Shown here: positions 23,318 to 36,232 of the stretch, one piece after another | Layout: the number at the start of each line of letters is the position of its first letter | Position numbering within the stretch: position 1 is the first letter of the stretch | Assembly: GCF_006345805.1 (NCBI RefSeq) | Contig: NW_021833970.1 | Coordinates: 1 to 52,280, forward strand | Direction of reading: 5' to 3' | DNA: 52,280 nt | Source: Octopus sinensis | Lineage: Eukaryota | Position numbers and translations under genes: made by a program | Notes under the pieces: generated by a model | Told to the model about the DNA's origin: nothing | Database searches by the model: none | What the model saw: only the letters and a program-made list of their open reading frames with translations

Positions 23318-23710
23318 CGTGTGCGCGTGTAGGATTTCTACTCCCACCACATCCTGACAACCAACGTATTTTTCTTATTTCCTCGTCATCTAGCAATTCG
23401 GCAAAAGATATCGATTGCATATTTGTTGTCCGGTTCTCTCTCTCAAGTATTGAGTGTTCGATAGGACTCGAGCCCGGGCAGAATGCTATGGAAGAAAGGT
23501 TGTTGTCCATGCTGTGTGTCCCTCATTTCAACGTCACTAATATATCCAAAAGAACAGCCAGGAACGTTAAAACTTGTTGTCAGCGTCGTCGCAGGATTTG
23601 CAAGAGTGAGGCTGCAGATAAAGTCGAACTCCCACACGTTCTCTGATTCCCAAATTTTCCTCCGTGTTTACACCCGAACACTTTTCCATGGTTCAGAATT
23701 GTTGCAAAGT
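23140..23710 (-). mobile_element. Decayed RTE-like LINE fragment upstream of C
   Basis: Homologous in inverted orientation to ~47230-47645, which carries an RTE-type C-terminal zinc finger. Confidence 0.55.
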
Positions 23711-24379
23711 ATCTGAGGTTTGGAATCAGGATTTTATTTCTAGATCGGTTGCCCCATCACCAGGCTAATGAGCTCCACGTGTCCAACTGAATTACTAAAT
23801 AACCCATAATTGTTATCCTGACGAGTACTTCTACTCCGGGTCAGAGTAGACCTTGGAGCAACACTGGTTAAGAGGTGATTCCAGACTCTTCAAAACCCTG
23901 GAAATCCCCAACCAGGTCCCCGTACTGAATGCAATTTAAAATCCTTCCCAGGACATGCGTCTTTATCAATGACCAAAATTTATTTAAAACATTTTATTTT
24001 AAATTGTATTTTATTCCTTTTGCGTTTCCTCATCCAAAAATCCTTCCTCTCACGTGCAAACATTTCCCCTCTTCTCATTGTATCTCTCTCTTCTTTTTCA
24101 GGATTTTTCTCTGCTACTTTCTAACTCTTTTCTACTCTCTGCCTTTTTCTTCCCCGGTCTCTCCATATATATTCATTCCTACTCTAGACACACGGCCTGA
24201 AATTTGTGGTGAGGGGCCAGTCACTTAAATCGACTGGTACATAATTTATCGGCCCCGAAAGGAGGATCTGCAAGGTCGAGCTCGGCGGAATTTTAAATCA
24301 AACCGTAAAGACAGACGAAATACCGCTAAGAATTTTACCCGGCGTGCTAACGTTCGTGCCAGTACGCCACCATTCTCTC

Positions 24380-24392
24380 TTTATATATTAAA
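24380..24392 (+). promoter_or_regulatory. TATA-like motif TTTATATATTAAA upstream of C
   Basis: Identical 13-mer at 46628-46640(-) upstream of D; ~110-115 bp before the ATG in both. Confidence 0.4.
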
Positions 24393-24505
24393 ATTCTTCT
24401 TGTCTCATTGCTGAGCTCCTCATATCTCTCTCCACTCCATTCTTTCTCTCTTTCATACCATTTCTTTTTCTCCTCTATATGCCTCTGATAATCATGGAAT
24501 CAAGA

Positions 24506-24827
24506 ATGTCCCATTTTACCCGTCCATCTGTTACGAGAGCGCTGTTGTTGACCCTTACAACAATTCTGACCGTTACCTCAGGTCAGGAACTTGAGGCCTA
24601 CTACAAAGCTTTGGATCCTGGTTATTCTTATGGTTATCTTCAGGCAAATCCATCGGAAAAATTCTATAAGAGAAAAAGTCTACTGGGATGTGCCGGCATC
24701 GCTCTAAGCAGCCAATCAGAATTCTTTACTTACAACAAAGTCAGCCATGTTTGTAAGAATTACTCACCGAAAAATATAATGACAGTCGTCAGCACGAATG
24801 ACACCAACGAGATTTCATTCTATAAAA
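24506..24827 (+). CDS. Paralogue C exon 1: signal peptide + PAN/apple-like domain
   Basis: ATG after caaga as in D; MSHFTRPSVTRALLLTLTTILTVTSG...SFYK A|gtaaga, 322 bp. In-frame upstream ATGs at 24479 and 24494 are possible alternatives. Confidence 0.9.
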
Positions 24828-25673
24828 GTAAGAGAAAATCTTTTGTTATAATTACTATTATTATTTATTATTGATTCTTCTTCCGGGTAGATATAATTAC
24901 CAGATGAAAAGTGAAGTCAATGAAATCGATTTACTCTTCTCCTCACGTAATTGCTGGCCTTGTGCCAAAAATTGAAATCAATATTATCGTTGTTGTTGTT
25001 TGTTGCTGCTCTTGTTGAACCTCCATATCTCTGCTTTCAGTTTCATTGACACTCACCTGTCTTCACTTGCTACGTTTACGGGTGAATAGATTCTGTGTTT
25101 GATTTCTTCGATTTCCAATTCTGTTAAACATTTCCTTTTTATGTTTTTCTTGCTCAATTAGTCTCTGTCAACTTACACCAAACATTCTCTTTTCAAACCA
25201 TATCTCTCTCATTCTTTCCAATGTAATCAAATCTGCTAGTTTCACTTCGGATGTATATATTCCATCACAGTTGCATTCCATCTTTCCTCCTTAATTACCC
25301 ACCGTTGTCGCTAGACGGCGACCCGGGTCTAACCTTCCAGGCGAGAGATCTTCACCTCCATCAGTTCCAATGTCATTCACACCGTTGTTCAAAGCATTTG
25401 TATTTGACATTTTTGCTCACAGTGAGGTTGCGGGAATGAGGTGATACAACCACCGATATTTTTTGAGACATCATCTTTATAGGAATTACCTAAACCCCGT
25501 CGGATGCCAGCCTGGTATTTCAGGGTCACCGTGAAGGCTCACAGGTACGACAACTTGATCATAGGTACCATGAAAGTAATTATCGTTTAGGGTAACCTCA
25601 TTATACCAATGTCGAGACACCACAAACAAGTACAGTTTCACATCATACCCAGGATTGTCGTTATTATTATTAT

Positions 25674-27385
25674 TCAATAGTCTTAATTTTATAGCGTGCT
25701 TTCACTTCACTACCGAGCGCAGCTCTGTGTGCGTTGGGTATTTGCTATGGTTTGCTGTGATGCCCTAATAGTTATTGTATTGAAAGTGTTTTGCGTAGGA
25801 AGTGTGCAGTGCCTAGTAGTGCTGTTTTCTGTATGTTATATATATTTGTTAGCCCTAGTGTTTTTCTTATGTATTTGTCAGTATATTTTCTAACATACCT
25901 AATGCGCCCATTATGATAGGAATTGATTCCGTTTTTAGACGCAACATTCGAGTTACCTCTATTTCCAGCTCTTTGTATTTTGAAAGTTTCTCCATTTCTT
26001 TTTTGAGAAACATTGTCATCTCTTGTTATTGATACAACATTTAAAAAGCCTTCTTTTCCTTCAGGAACCCCGACAACTATATCTGAGCAATTGGCCTTAA
26101 TTTCTCTATCTGTGTGTATTGGCATATCCCATAGTATTGTTGCTTTCTCATTTTCTGTGACCTTTTCTTGCGTGTGACTATAACATCTTTTTTCTGTTGT
26201 TATTCCATAATGCTGACATAGCTTCCAGTGTATGAAGGTCCCAACTCTGTCGTGTCTGTGAATATATTCCTTCTTAGCGAGGACTGGGCAACCAGAGTCA
26301 ATATGATGTTTTGTTTCTTGTCCATCTCCACATTGTTATGTTGCTTTTCTTTATATTTTTGGTAATTTCTGGTGGGGAGACTTTGGTCTTCTGCTGCAAT
26401 TAAAAATCCTCCAGTCTCTGCTTTGAGTCTTGAGCTTCTCAGCCATTGTTGGGATTTTGTTTTGTCTATTTTCTGCTTTTAGCTTAACCCAGTATTTGCC
26501 ATGTAGGGTCTTTTCTTGCCATCGTTTATTCATGAACCGTTGCTGTTCTAGTTTTAGTTTGGATTTCATTTATTTTACAGCTTTTGTTGTTTCTTCTTTT
26601 TCGTCATAGCTGTTTGGCAGTGTGACTTCTTGTTTATATTCGTCAGCTTCCTTAAAAGCTGGAAACAGTTTTTTCTTTTGTTTTGTCTGTGTTTTGTGGC
26701 TATTTGTATTAGTTGTCCTTGCACCTGAAGTAGGTATTTTTGTATTCCTATGGTGATTATTTTGTAGCAGTTTTCTAACTGTATACGTTCTCTACCACCT
26801 CATATAGGATGTATATATAACCTTTCTATGTCAGACTTTGGGTGGTGCATCCTAAATTCTGTCATTATTTTTCTTATTTTCCCGTCCATTTTGATTAGTT
26901 CATTTAGAATCCAATTAAGAATATTGTAGCTGCCATTCATACTTGGGATGGCTAGAGTGTTGTTACCTATTATCTTGTTTTTCACATCGAGTTCTGTTTT
27001 CAGTATTAATCTAACTCATCCACAGTATTTCATATCATTTTCTCTTTCATTTGTGTGTGTTGTATTGTATCTAGTTCATTGATTCATAAACATTTGAATG
27101 CCTGGCTTTGATCTATTTCTCTTACTTCTTTTGCTTTGTCTAGTGTGATGTTGCTAGGCTTCTTAACTAGTTTTCCTCTTTTCAAAGTTGCTTTGACACG
27201 TTTTTCTAATTCAAATTTCATATTTATCTCTTTAGTAAACCCATGTGAATTTGTAGTAATGTTCCCAGAAGTTTATAATTTGTAGCTCACAGTTTTAAAT
27301 CATCCACATAAGAGGTGGCTGTTTGTTTTACGGTAACAACTGTATCCCCATCCGGTTCTGTTTAGCATGTCAGATACAGGTGTCA
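25674..27385 (-). mobile_element. Old 5'-truncated Dong/R4-like LINE in intron 1 of C
   Basis: Degenerate matches to the RT-to-3' end of the 37480-41296 element (MPIHTDREIKANCSDIVV; WQEKTLHGKYW). Confidence 0.85.
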
Positions 27386-27389
27386 GTAT

Positions 27390-27433
27390 TATTATCATTA
27401 TTATCATTATTATCATTATTATTATTATTATTA

Positions 27434-27486
<53 letters not shown>

Positions 27487-27568
27487 GTTATTATTATTAC
27501 TATTATTATTGTTATTATTATTATTGTTATTATTATCATTATTATTATTATTATTATTACTATTATTA

Positions 27569-27602
<34 letters not shown>

Positions 27603-28130
27603 TACTATATTATTATTACTATTATTATTATTATTACTATTACTATTACTAATATTATTCTCATTATTATTATTATTATTATTATAACAATCATTATTAT
27701 TATTATTTTACAATCATTATTATTATTATTATTATGATTATTATCATTATTATTGTTATTGTTATCATTATTGTTGTTGTTATTATTATTTTTATTATTA
27801 TATTATTATTATTATTATTATATATTATTATTATTATTACTATTATTATTGTTATTATTATTATTGTTATTATTATCATTATTATTATATTATTATTACT
27901 ATTATTATTGTTATTATTATTATTATTATATTATTATTATTACTACTATATTATTATTACTATTATTATTATTATTACTATTACTATTACTAATATTATT
28001 CTCATTATTATTATTATTATTATTATAACAATCATTATTATTATTATTATTACAATCATTATTATTATTATTATTATGATTATTATCATTATTATTGTTA
28101 TTGTTATCATTATTGTTGTTGTTATTATTA

Positions 28131-28179
<49 letters not shown>

Positions 28180-28379
28180 AATCATTATTATTATTATTAT
28201 TATGATTATTATCATTATTATTGTTATTGTTATCATTATTGTTGTTGTTATTATTTTTATTATTATTATTATTATTATTAATATTATTATTATTATTATT
28301 ACAATCATTATTATTATTATTATTATGATTATTATCATTATTATTGTTATTGTTATCATTATTGTTGTTGTTATTATTA

Positions 28380-28433
<54 letters not shown>

Positions 28434-28445
28434 GATTGTTATTAC
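27390..28445. repeat. ~1-kb (ATT)n compound microsatellite with higher-order units, abutting the C exon-2 acceptor
   Basis: Seen directly. Confidence 0.95.
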
Positions 28446-28453
28446 TATTTCAG

Positions 28454-28632
28454 ACAGCCAATGGATCAAAGCATATGCCCTGTCAATGGGCGCTGGTACC
28501 GACGTCTATCATTCATTTATAAATAAAGGAGATTCTTCAACCTGGAACGTGGACAAATGCAATGGTGCCTTTTGTCCTAACTTCTTCCGACATCCTATTC
28601 TCGATTTCTGGAGTCATCTTCCAATTGATGAG
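28454..28632 (+). CDS. Paralogue C exon 2
   Basis: tttcag|AC...GAG|gtacgt, 179 bp. Encodes SQWIKAYALSMGAGTDVYHSFINKGDSSTWNVDKCNGAFCPNFFRHPILDFWSHLPIDE. Confidence 0.92.
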
Positions 28633-29099
28633 GTACGTGCACAAACGATCTTTATGCTCATTCATATACACATACATAGACAGACTTAATTTGGCATAAA
28701 TTCATCCATTTTGTGGGAGGAGAGAATCTATTAGAATAATTATTTTATTGATTTTAAAAATCAGAGTTTACCTTGATTGTATTTAAACTCAGAACGTCAA
28801 GACACATTAAGAAATACTTAATTACTTTACAATATTATGTTCAAAATTTAATGACACTGCCATCTAAAAACGTTCATAATATATTCATAATAAATTTTCC
28901 CACACAGACACAGACACACACACGAATGTGTTTAATAAATTTTAATCCTGAAAAATGGAATGAACAGCCTTTATTATTAATCACTGTTTCAGCGCTTCCT
29001 TACCAGCTGGTAACTGCTGAAGGTTACAAACATCATACACATTATTGCATTAATATGATTCCGAGATAGCTGTATACATACACGTCTTCAGGTCAGTAG

Positions 29100-29700
29100 A
29101 GACGAAAGCATTACTAGATCATCCATAGATTCTTTTTCATTTGCGCCTGTACCATAATGTTATTTCTAACATTCCATTGACAAAGAAGACGGAAGAAATC
29201 CCATATTCATTCCGTATGACACTGGCTTCGTTTCAAGAGGAACGGTAACAGACCAAAGAGACCAGTAATTGCTAAAGTTTATCATCTTTTGACGTTATTA
29301 ACTTAGAATGTTCATTTTTCTTCCTAAAAGTCAAGATAAATCTGTGGTCAAGGATGGAATGAGTTCAGAATTGCCTTCTTTCTTTAATAAGGAATCCCCT
29401 AATACTGCATTTGAAGAGAAATGCAGCTTCTACTGATATAGAAAAGCTTTGATTAACAAAACCCTGACGACGCGATTTGCCCGTATAGACGTATAATGCC
29501 AAAAAGCACAAAATATCAGCAACAGACAAAATTGTCAACCACTGGCAGTGGACCTGTTAGATTAGGTGTCTTCATTGTGTTTGCTCCTCATTAGAATAAA
29601 ACCCATAGTAGTATTCTGAGCTTTTTATCACTATACGTCTATACGAGATACTTTCTCAGAACGAATACTGCAAGTTTATTGCGTCCTTAAACTATTACCA
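29100..29700 (-). mobile_element. Possible highly decayed piggyBac-like transposase fragment
   Basis: LSVADILCFLALYVYTG resembles the piggyBac 'EI.AFLGL...G' segment; the rest is frameshifted. Confidence 0.3.
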
Positions 29701-29769
29701 CGTTAACTATGATATAACGATGGCAATTCAATACTAATATTGCTTCTCTCACTTTGGTTGCATGCACCA

Positions 29770-29806
<37 letters not shown>

Positions 29807-29833
29807 TAATAATACACGATTTTTGTTTTTTAG

Positions 29834-29994
29834 GTGAAACTAGTGGTTTATAAAAACCAAACAGCTGTAGCTAATATCGTGTTCGATGGACGTAATACAA
29901 CCCTTGAAAGCTGGTTTTCTCATGAAAAGTTGAAAAGTTCTCATTGGACCGACTTAACTCAAAGCCATGTGGCTTACTTCTCACTCGGACAGAA
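29834..29994 (+). CDS. Paralogue C exon 3
   Basis: tttttag|GTG...CAG AA|gtaatt, 161 bp. Encodes VKLVVYKNQTAVANIVFDGRNTTLESWFSHEKLKSSHWTDLTQSHVAYFSLGQ. Confidence 0.9.
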
Positions 29995-31315
29995 GTAATT
30001 ATAATCACTGTATATCTATTAGTTATTTGTAATTACATTCTGTGTTCAAAACCTTCTGTGATTAAAATTCTCTTGTACTCTGTTGGTGTGTATGAATAAA
30101 GTACCGGTGAAACACAGTGTCTATATAATCAGCTATATACACCTCCCCTATATTTCTATCATTGCATTAATTATTATCAATTGAATCGCGGAATTGATAT
30201 TATTTAATGTTCACCTGTAATGACTGAGGATTAACGTCGTTGCAGTTGTCGAAATTTGAGTGTGAATTCACTACGAACAACTAAGCATGCACACACGTGG
30301 GCGCCCGCAGACATATAAATACATACGTACATGTGTCTAGCAACGAAGGCACGAGTCCTAGTGGTCAGGATGTCCAGCTTGTTATTCGAAGTTCGTGGTT
30401 TCAATTGCACGCTACAAATTCGTTGAGCAGGATTTTCACTTGATCCAACAAGAGAACACTCATAGTCATCTTCGAAACAGAGTGAGATCCATTTACTTAG
30501 GAACATATATGACGAAATTCGAATGATTTTCTTTCCTCTTCTGTTTCTGTTTATCTGTACAGTAATTAAAAGAAAATCAGTTAATAACAACACAGAATGA
30601 CATGAACATACTTATATTGACTGGTGATGATCATGAATTTGACAGTCATATGATTAGTGCATAGGGATATTTTGGGTAATTCTTTGTGGATCTGCAATTA
30701 TAAAAGCACTCAGTAACCTCTGTCTATATAAGAGTTTCATATGCTAGGAATAACAGTCATTAAATATCGCTAGGAATATCACCCTACCGTCTTAGAAATG
30801 TAAATATATCATATACTGGAAAACAGGACAGTAATAACTGGAATACATTTGACCATTGATCATTCCTCACTAGGAATGACCCCTTTGAAATATTCCTTAA
30901 TCGGAAGAGTAAGGACAAAATACTGGAAGGGATAGAGTTATTCTCAGACATAAAACCTGGCCCAAATATTTGCAACAGTTTTGTCTCCTTTAAGCTTCCC
31001 TCGCCCAGGGGTGAGTTTGTAGTTTTAAACTAGCTAAATAATATAGTCTACTACATATGTATAGGGACTGTTCTTCTTAATATTGCCATATACACAGATG
31101 ACTTCTACGGATCCTTCAATCGCAAAGATTTCGCTGCTTGCAAAGTAGAAGATAGTATTTGTCCAGTGTATCACCGAGCAGTGTCGGCTTGAACTTGGAA
31201 ACCTCACAATTACGTAGTTGCCAGGCAAACCTTTAAATTACAACATCTGATAATGACAATAACAGTAAAATAAAATAAAAAAACTACAACGGTACCTTTT
31301 TTCTCCCTGTTACAG

Positions 31316-31476
31316 TTGGGGACGTCGTTTCTACGTGTGGTCTTACGAAGAAAGTTGTGAAACAGATATGGGTTGGATGGCTATTACTCAAATGAGTTGG
31401 TGTGACTGGGAGAAGAATCTTCCTTTGCCGACAATACTCTACTCAGGGAAAAGTTCGACAACCACATTTAATGAAG
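31316..31476 (+). CDS. Paralogue C exon 4
   Basis: ttacag|T TGG...GAA G|gtaagt, 161 bp. Encodes WGRRFYVWSYEESCETDMGWMAITQMSWCDWEKNLPLPTILYSGKSSTTTFNE. Confidence 0.88.
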
Positions 31477-32735
31477 GTAAGTATATTGTCATCAGTTTTA
31501 AATTGTCTCGCGGTCAGGCGAATGCAGTAAGTACTAAAAGGTTAATTATGATGATGGCGTGGCGAACACAGGAAACAACTCAGGACATATTTCGGTGTTA
31601 TTACACCTCCTCAGTGAAGCATAGGTCCCACGATACTTAACAAAGAGAATCATCATTTGATACAATATTACTCAAGTGTATGTGTGTAATTTGACAGCGG
31701 CCATGCTGGAGCATCGATAAGTTAACGGAAGTAAGCACACCAGCACCGGTTGTCAGGCGGTGGCGGGGGACTAAAACACAGGCACAAAGTCACAGGCACG
31801 CGCACACACACACTCACACACACACGGACACGCACACACACACACATACACGCACACACACACACACGCACACACGCACACACACACGCACACACATACA
31901 CGCACACGCATACACACACGCACACACGCACACACACTCACATACACGACGAGCCCCTTTGTTGCAGTCTACTAATTCCCGACACAAGGCTTTGATCGGC
32001 CCAAGGCTATAGTAGATGACACTTGCCGAAGGTTCTACGTTGTGGGACTGAACCCAGAACCACGTGGTCGGAAGGCCAGCTTCTTACCTTACAGCCACGT
32101 AATAAAGTAAATTTAGACCTAAAGTCTCCTTGTTGAAATCCTGTCTGATGGCACTTCGTCGGTTACGACGAGGAGTGTTCCAGTTGATCTGATCGAGGGA
32201 ACAACTTGCTCGTGAAAGTAATGTGAATTGGCTGAGTACACCACAGATACGCGTACCCTTAACGTAGTTCTGAGAGAAATTCAGAACGACACAGAGCATG
32301 GATAATGCTGGCCATTTGAAATACAAGTGGTTGCTCATTTCAGCCATCTGAGTGGACTAGAACAGGTTGAAATAAAGTACTTTGCTCAAGACTCAATGCG
32401 CCACTGGGGTATCGAACTCGCGGCTTTAGTATTGTGAGCTGAATACTCCTAAGCACTTAGCCACGCTCTTTTCCGCCTGATGCTATGTGTAATCTAGGAA
32501 TTGTATCCATGGTGATGTTTGCAGATGGAACTGGTTGAGATGTAGCGCAGATATAAATATTTCTAAAATAAATTATTTGTAATGAAAGTTTTAGAAATAA
32601 AGATGCCTTATCCAAATATCAGGACAGCACCAGCACCTGCAGCAGCAGTAGCAGTAGCAGTAGTGGTTGCAGCAGCAGCATCAGTAGTAGTAGTATAGTA
32701 GTAGTAGTAGTAGTAGCAGTAGCGGTAGCAGCATC

Positions 32736-32790
<55 letters not shown>

Positions 32791-33341
32791 TAGTAGTAGT
32801 AGTAGTATCTTGTACTCGCATAAGACTAAATTTAAACATGGATATATTAGTCCAGTGCTTCTCAACCGGAGTCCATTTGAACCCTTGTGGTCCTTATGAG
32901 AATTTTGGTACTTTATGCATGCAAAATAGTAAATTGGGATCCTTGAATGTTCTCCTCCGTGAGACATATCCTTGCATGTTTGTTTATGGAAGGCCAGCAG
33001 TCGCCCATGTCTGCCAGCCTCTCCTCTCCGCGCTCTCGATGTTACCCAAAGGAAAAGCAAAGGGACCGATACAGCCTGGCACCAATGACCTCGCAACTCA
33101 TTTCTACAGCTGAAATGAACTGAAGCAAGGCACATATTGTTCAAAACACGATGGAAAATTTTGGCACGAGGCCAGTAATTTCGGGGGAAAGGGTTAAGTC
33201 GATAACATCGAGCAGAGCACTCGATTTTTACTTATTTTATCGACCCCGAAAGGATGAAAGGTAAAGTAGACCACGGCAGAATTTGAACTTAGAACCTAAA
33301 GACTTATGAAATACTGCTAAGCATTTTCCGCGGTAACGATT

Positions 33342-33625
33342 TTGCCAGCTCACCGCCTTAACACGAAGGAAAATATTGCGGCACAAAATATAGAATTTTT
33401 ATCTCATCCGCCTCATTCTTCTGGTTTTGCTCCATCTGACTACCAACTTTTCAAACCATTGCAACGGTATTTAGATAGCAAACATTTTGTCAATTGTGAT
33501 GAGGACGCAAATTGTATTGAATGGTGGTTCTTTGCTTCGCAAGATGAAAGCGATTACGCCCCAAGTCTTAACTATTTTCCAAATAGACAGGATTATGTCA
33601 TCAATAGTGAAGGGAAATATTGATT
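33342..33625 (+). mobile_element. Mariner transposase C-terminal remnant
   Basis: HPPHSSGFAPSDYQLF corresponds to mariner HPPYSPDLAPSDYHLF; ends VINSEGKY. Confidence 0.8.
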
Positions 33626-33931
33626 TCAATGTCCAGCCCGCAGCTACATCTGTGTAATGCCCTTGTGGTAAATTATATGAATAAAAGTAGATTACTTTGA
33701 TCCCTGCTCTCAATTTGTACTTCTTTTATCGATCCCGAAACGAAGAGAGTCAAGTCGATCTTCTGCTAAAGGTTCCGCCAGCTCGCTACCTTAATGAAGG
33801 GAAATATTATTTTGATTAAATAGAGAAATTAAATCCAAAATTGCTTTTGTTATTACGGATTGTTGTCTTGTTAATTTTGCTGTTTATCTTGTTTTTGTTG
33901 TTGTTGTCATTGTTGCTTTATTATTTTTCAG

Positions 33932-33981
33932 GTTTGGAAATAGGTGATTCCATGGCCATCTTCATCCGCCTAAAACCTTAA
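33932..33981 (+). CDS. Paralogue C exon 5 (terminal)
   Basis: tttttcag|GT TTG...CCT TAA. Encodes (G)LEIGDSMAIFIRLKP*. Spliced CDS 322+179+161+161+50 = 873 nt = 290 aa + stop, with no internal stop. Confidence 0.88.
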
Positions 33982-34238
33982 CTAACCAATCAAAAGATTC
34001 TGTTTTATACAACGTGACCACACGGCTTCAGCCAACGGAAGCTGTTAGTTATATAGTAGAAACTGGGACAATAATTGGAAGACACTTGTCCAAGGTGTTG
34101 CACCGTAGGATTGAACTCCAAAGCACATGATTACAAAGCAAGCTTCTTAACCACATAATCACGCCTGTATCTGTGTGTCTACGTGTATGTGCATGTGTAT
34201 GTAAGCTTATTATATGTGTGTGTGTATGTGCGTACATC

Positions 34239-34774
34239 CAGGGTGTCCCAAAATTAACTATTTCAGTGAAATCGGACATTTTTTAGAAATTTCTTTTTAT
34301 TTATGTTTATCCTGTTTAATTTTTGTTAAAAATGTATAAAAGTTTAATTTTGACTCTAATTTAACAAATTTTTATAACGTATTTTTACAATTTTACTTTA
34401 ATTCCCGTTCGATCCCGCTTATCTGTCAACGACATCTTTCATTTCAATTTCGCTGCAATCATCTTCTCTAGCTCCATCCCCAGGATGGAGCAAAGGTTAA
34501 AGAATCGTTAAAGAATGTATTCAGTTAGCAGTGCAGATAAAATATTCCTAAAATGCTTCAGAATGTGTTTCACAATGCTAAGGATAGATTTGAAATTCGC
34601 AAGGATACAGACGGAACACATGTTGAAAATTTTCAATAGAATTTTGTCGTAAGATTTACAAATCTATTTGTTTTGGTATCGTAATTAACTAATAAACATA
34701 AAATTTTGTCAATTATTTAAAATTTTAATTTGTCCAATTTCAATGAAATAGAAAGTTAATTCTGGGACACCCTG
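34239..34774. mobile_element. Non-autonomous Tc1/mariner-type element
   Basis: TIRs CAGGGTGTCCCA(A/G)AATTAACT; TA present at the right end. Confidence 0.8.
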
Positions 34775-35417
34775 TATGCGGTACTCCTGCTTGTGTGTGT
34801 GTTTATATATTCATATAATCTTTAACCTACACTTTATATAGTTTAGTTTTATTTATTGATTAAATTAATTATTGAACTGCTCGACAGGCAAACAATTTGA
34901 AAACGATTAATATTCATAATCCATCTGACAATGTAAGTTTTGTTTATATTTTTAATATCCGGGGATACAGTAATTTCACTAGTCCTCTATGTAAATGTAA
35001 AAATCCCCACCCACGGACACAATTTCAAAACCGCTTGACAATGCACGAAACTTTCCTCTCTTAAGACACGTTGTAACATTCGTTGATTAAATAAAAAATA
35101 TATTAATATACACACATGTTTTCTGTTGTGTTTCCTTGTTCGAGTATAGGGGAAGAATGAGTGACCGAGAGGAGAGGGGGTGACGTTAGGAAGGGACCGG
35201 GAAAGAACAAAAATGGCGTCACGTCAAGAAGCAGCAGTTAGAAGACGGCCTGTTTCTTGAAGGGTCTGCAGCGAGGTCAAGTCGTGTTGCTGGGGACGGT
35301 GATAGAGCAGTGGTCCCTTCTGGCCAGTGGTTGGGTGAGTTTGGATACCACTTCGTATATATAAGAAGGGAAAGAAAGGGGAAAATAGGAAATCTTCTGA
35401 CAATGCGGAAGCGGAAA

Positions 35418-35504
<87 letters not shown>

Positions 35505-35685
35505 CAAAAATATTCTTTTTCTCTGTCTTCCCTTCTCGGGATCTATCCTTCTCCTTTGTTTCCGACGAAGAGCTCCGCCCGAAACGTTAAACCCTCCTTC
35601 GCTTCTTTCCTGAGCGTCAAATAATACTTTAATTGTTCCACGTCCTCGCGTTGCTGTGTTTTTTTCTGTCTTTTCCTGTTTGGAT

Positions 35686-35724
<39 letters not shown>

Positions 35725-36232
35725 TAAAATATTACAATTAACCTGAAGATTGACTGTAACCATAACACGAATTATTAATTGAATTTAAATTATTCTTATT
35801 CGAATTGGTTACGGGCATGAAACGATCGTAGTGTTTTTACTCTTTATCTTATTAAACTTTTAATACTTTTTGATAGTTTGTAAAAAATAAATAGATAGAT
35901 AAATAAATAAATATAAAAATATAAAAATATGACAAATATAAAAAATATAAAAATGTATAAAAAAATAATAAATAAGAAAATAAAAAATAAAAAATTAAAA
36001 AGAAGTAGGTATTTCGTCTGCCGTTACGTTCTGAATACAAATTCCGCCGGGGTCGACTTTGCCTTTCGTCCTTTCGGGGTCGATTAAATACGCCGAGCTC
36101 AATAAAAAACCTTAACCAGTCATGTATCGTAAATTAGTTTCATCCATCGATTTTGTTTCCTGTTTACTCGTCAATTCCAAAAAGGAGAGTCTTTTGTTTA
36201 TCCTATAGTCTATTAATACATTGTGAACGTAC

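Noticed and set aside
23113-23646. 177-aa ORF upstream of C
   Set aside because: Antisense reading of a decayed LINE plus (TG)n; the paralogous region near D is not open in the same way.
25251-25439. ORF ending ...VRLRE, like the A C-terminus
   Set aside because: Only four terminal residues match, there is no DSMAIF motif, and it lies in intron 1; coincidence.
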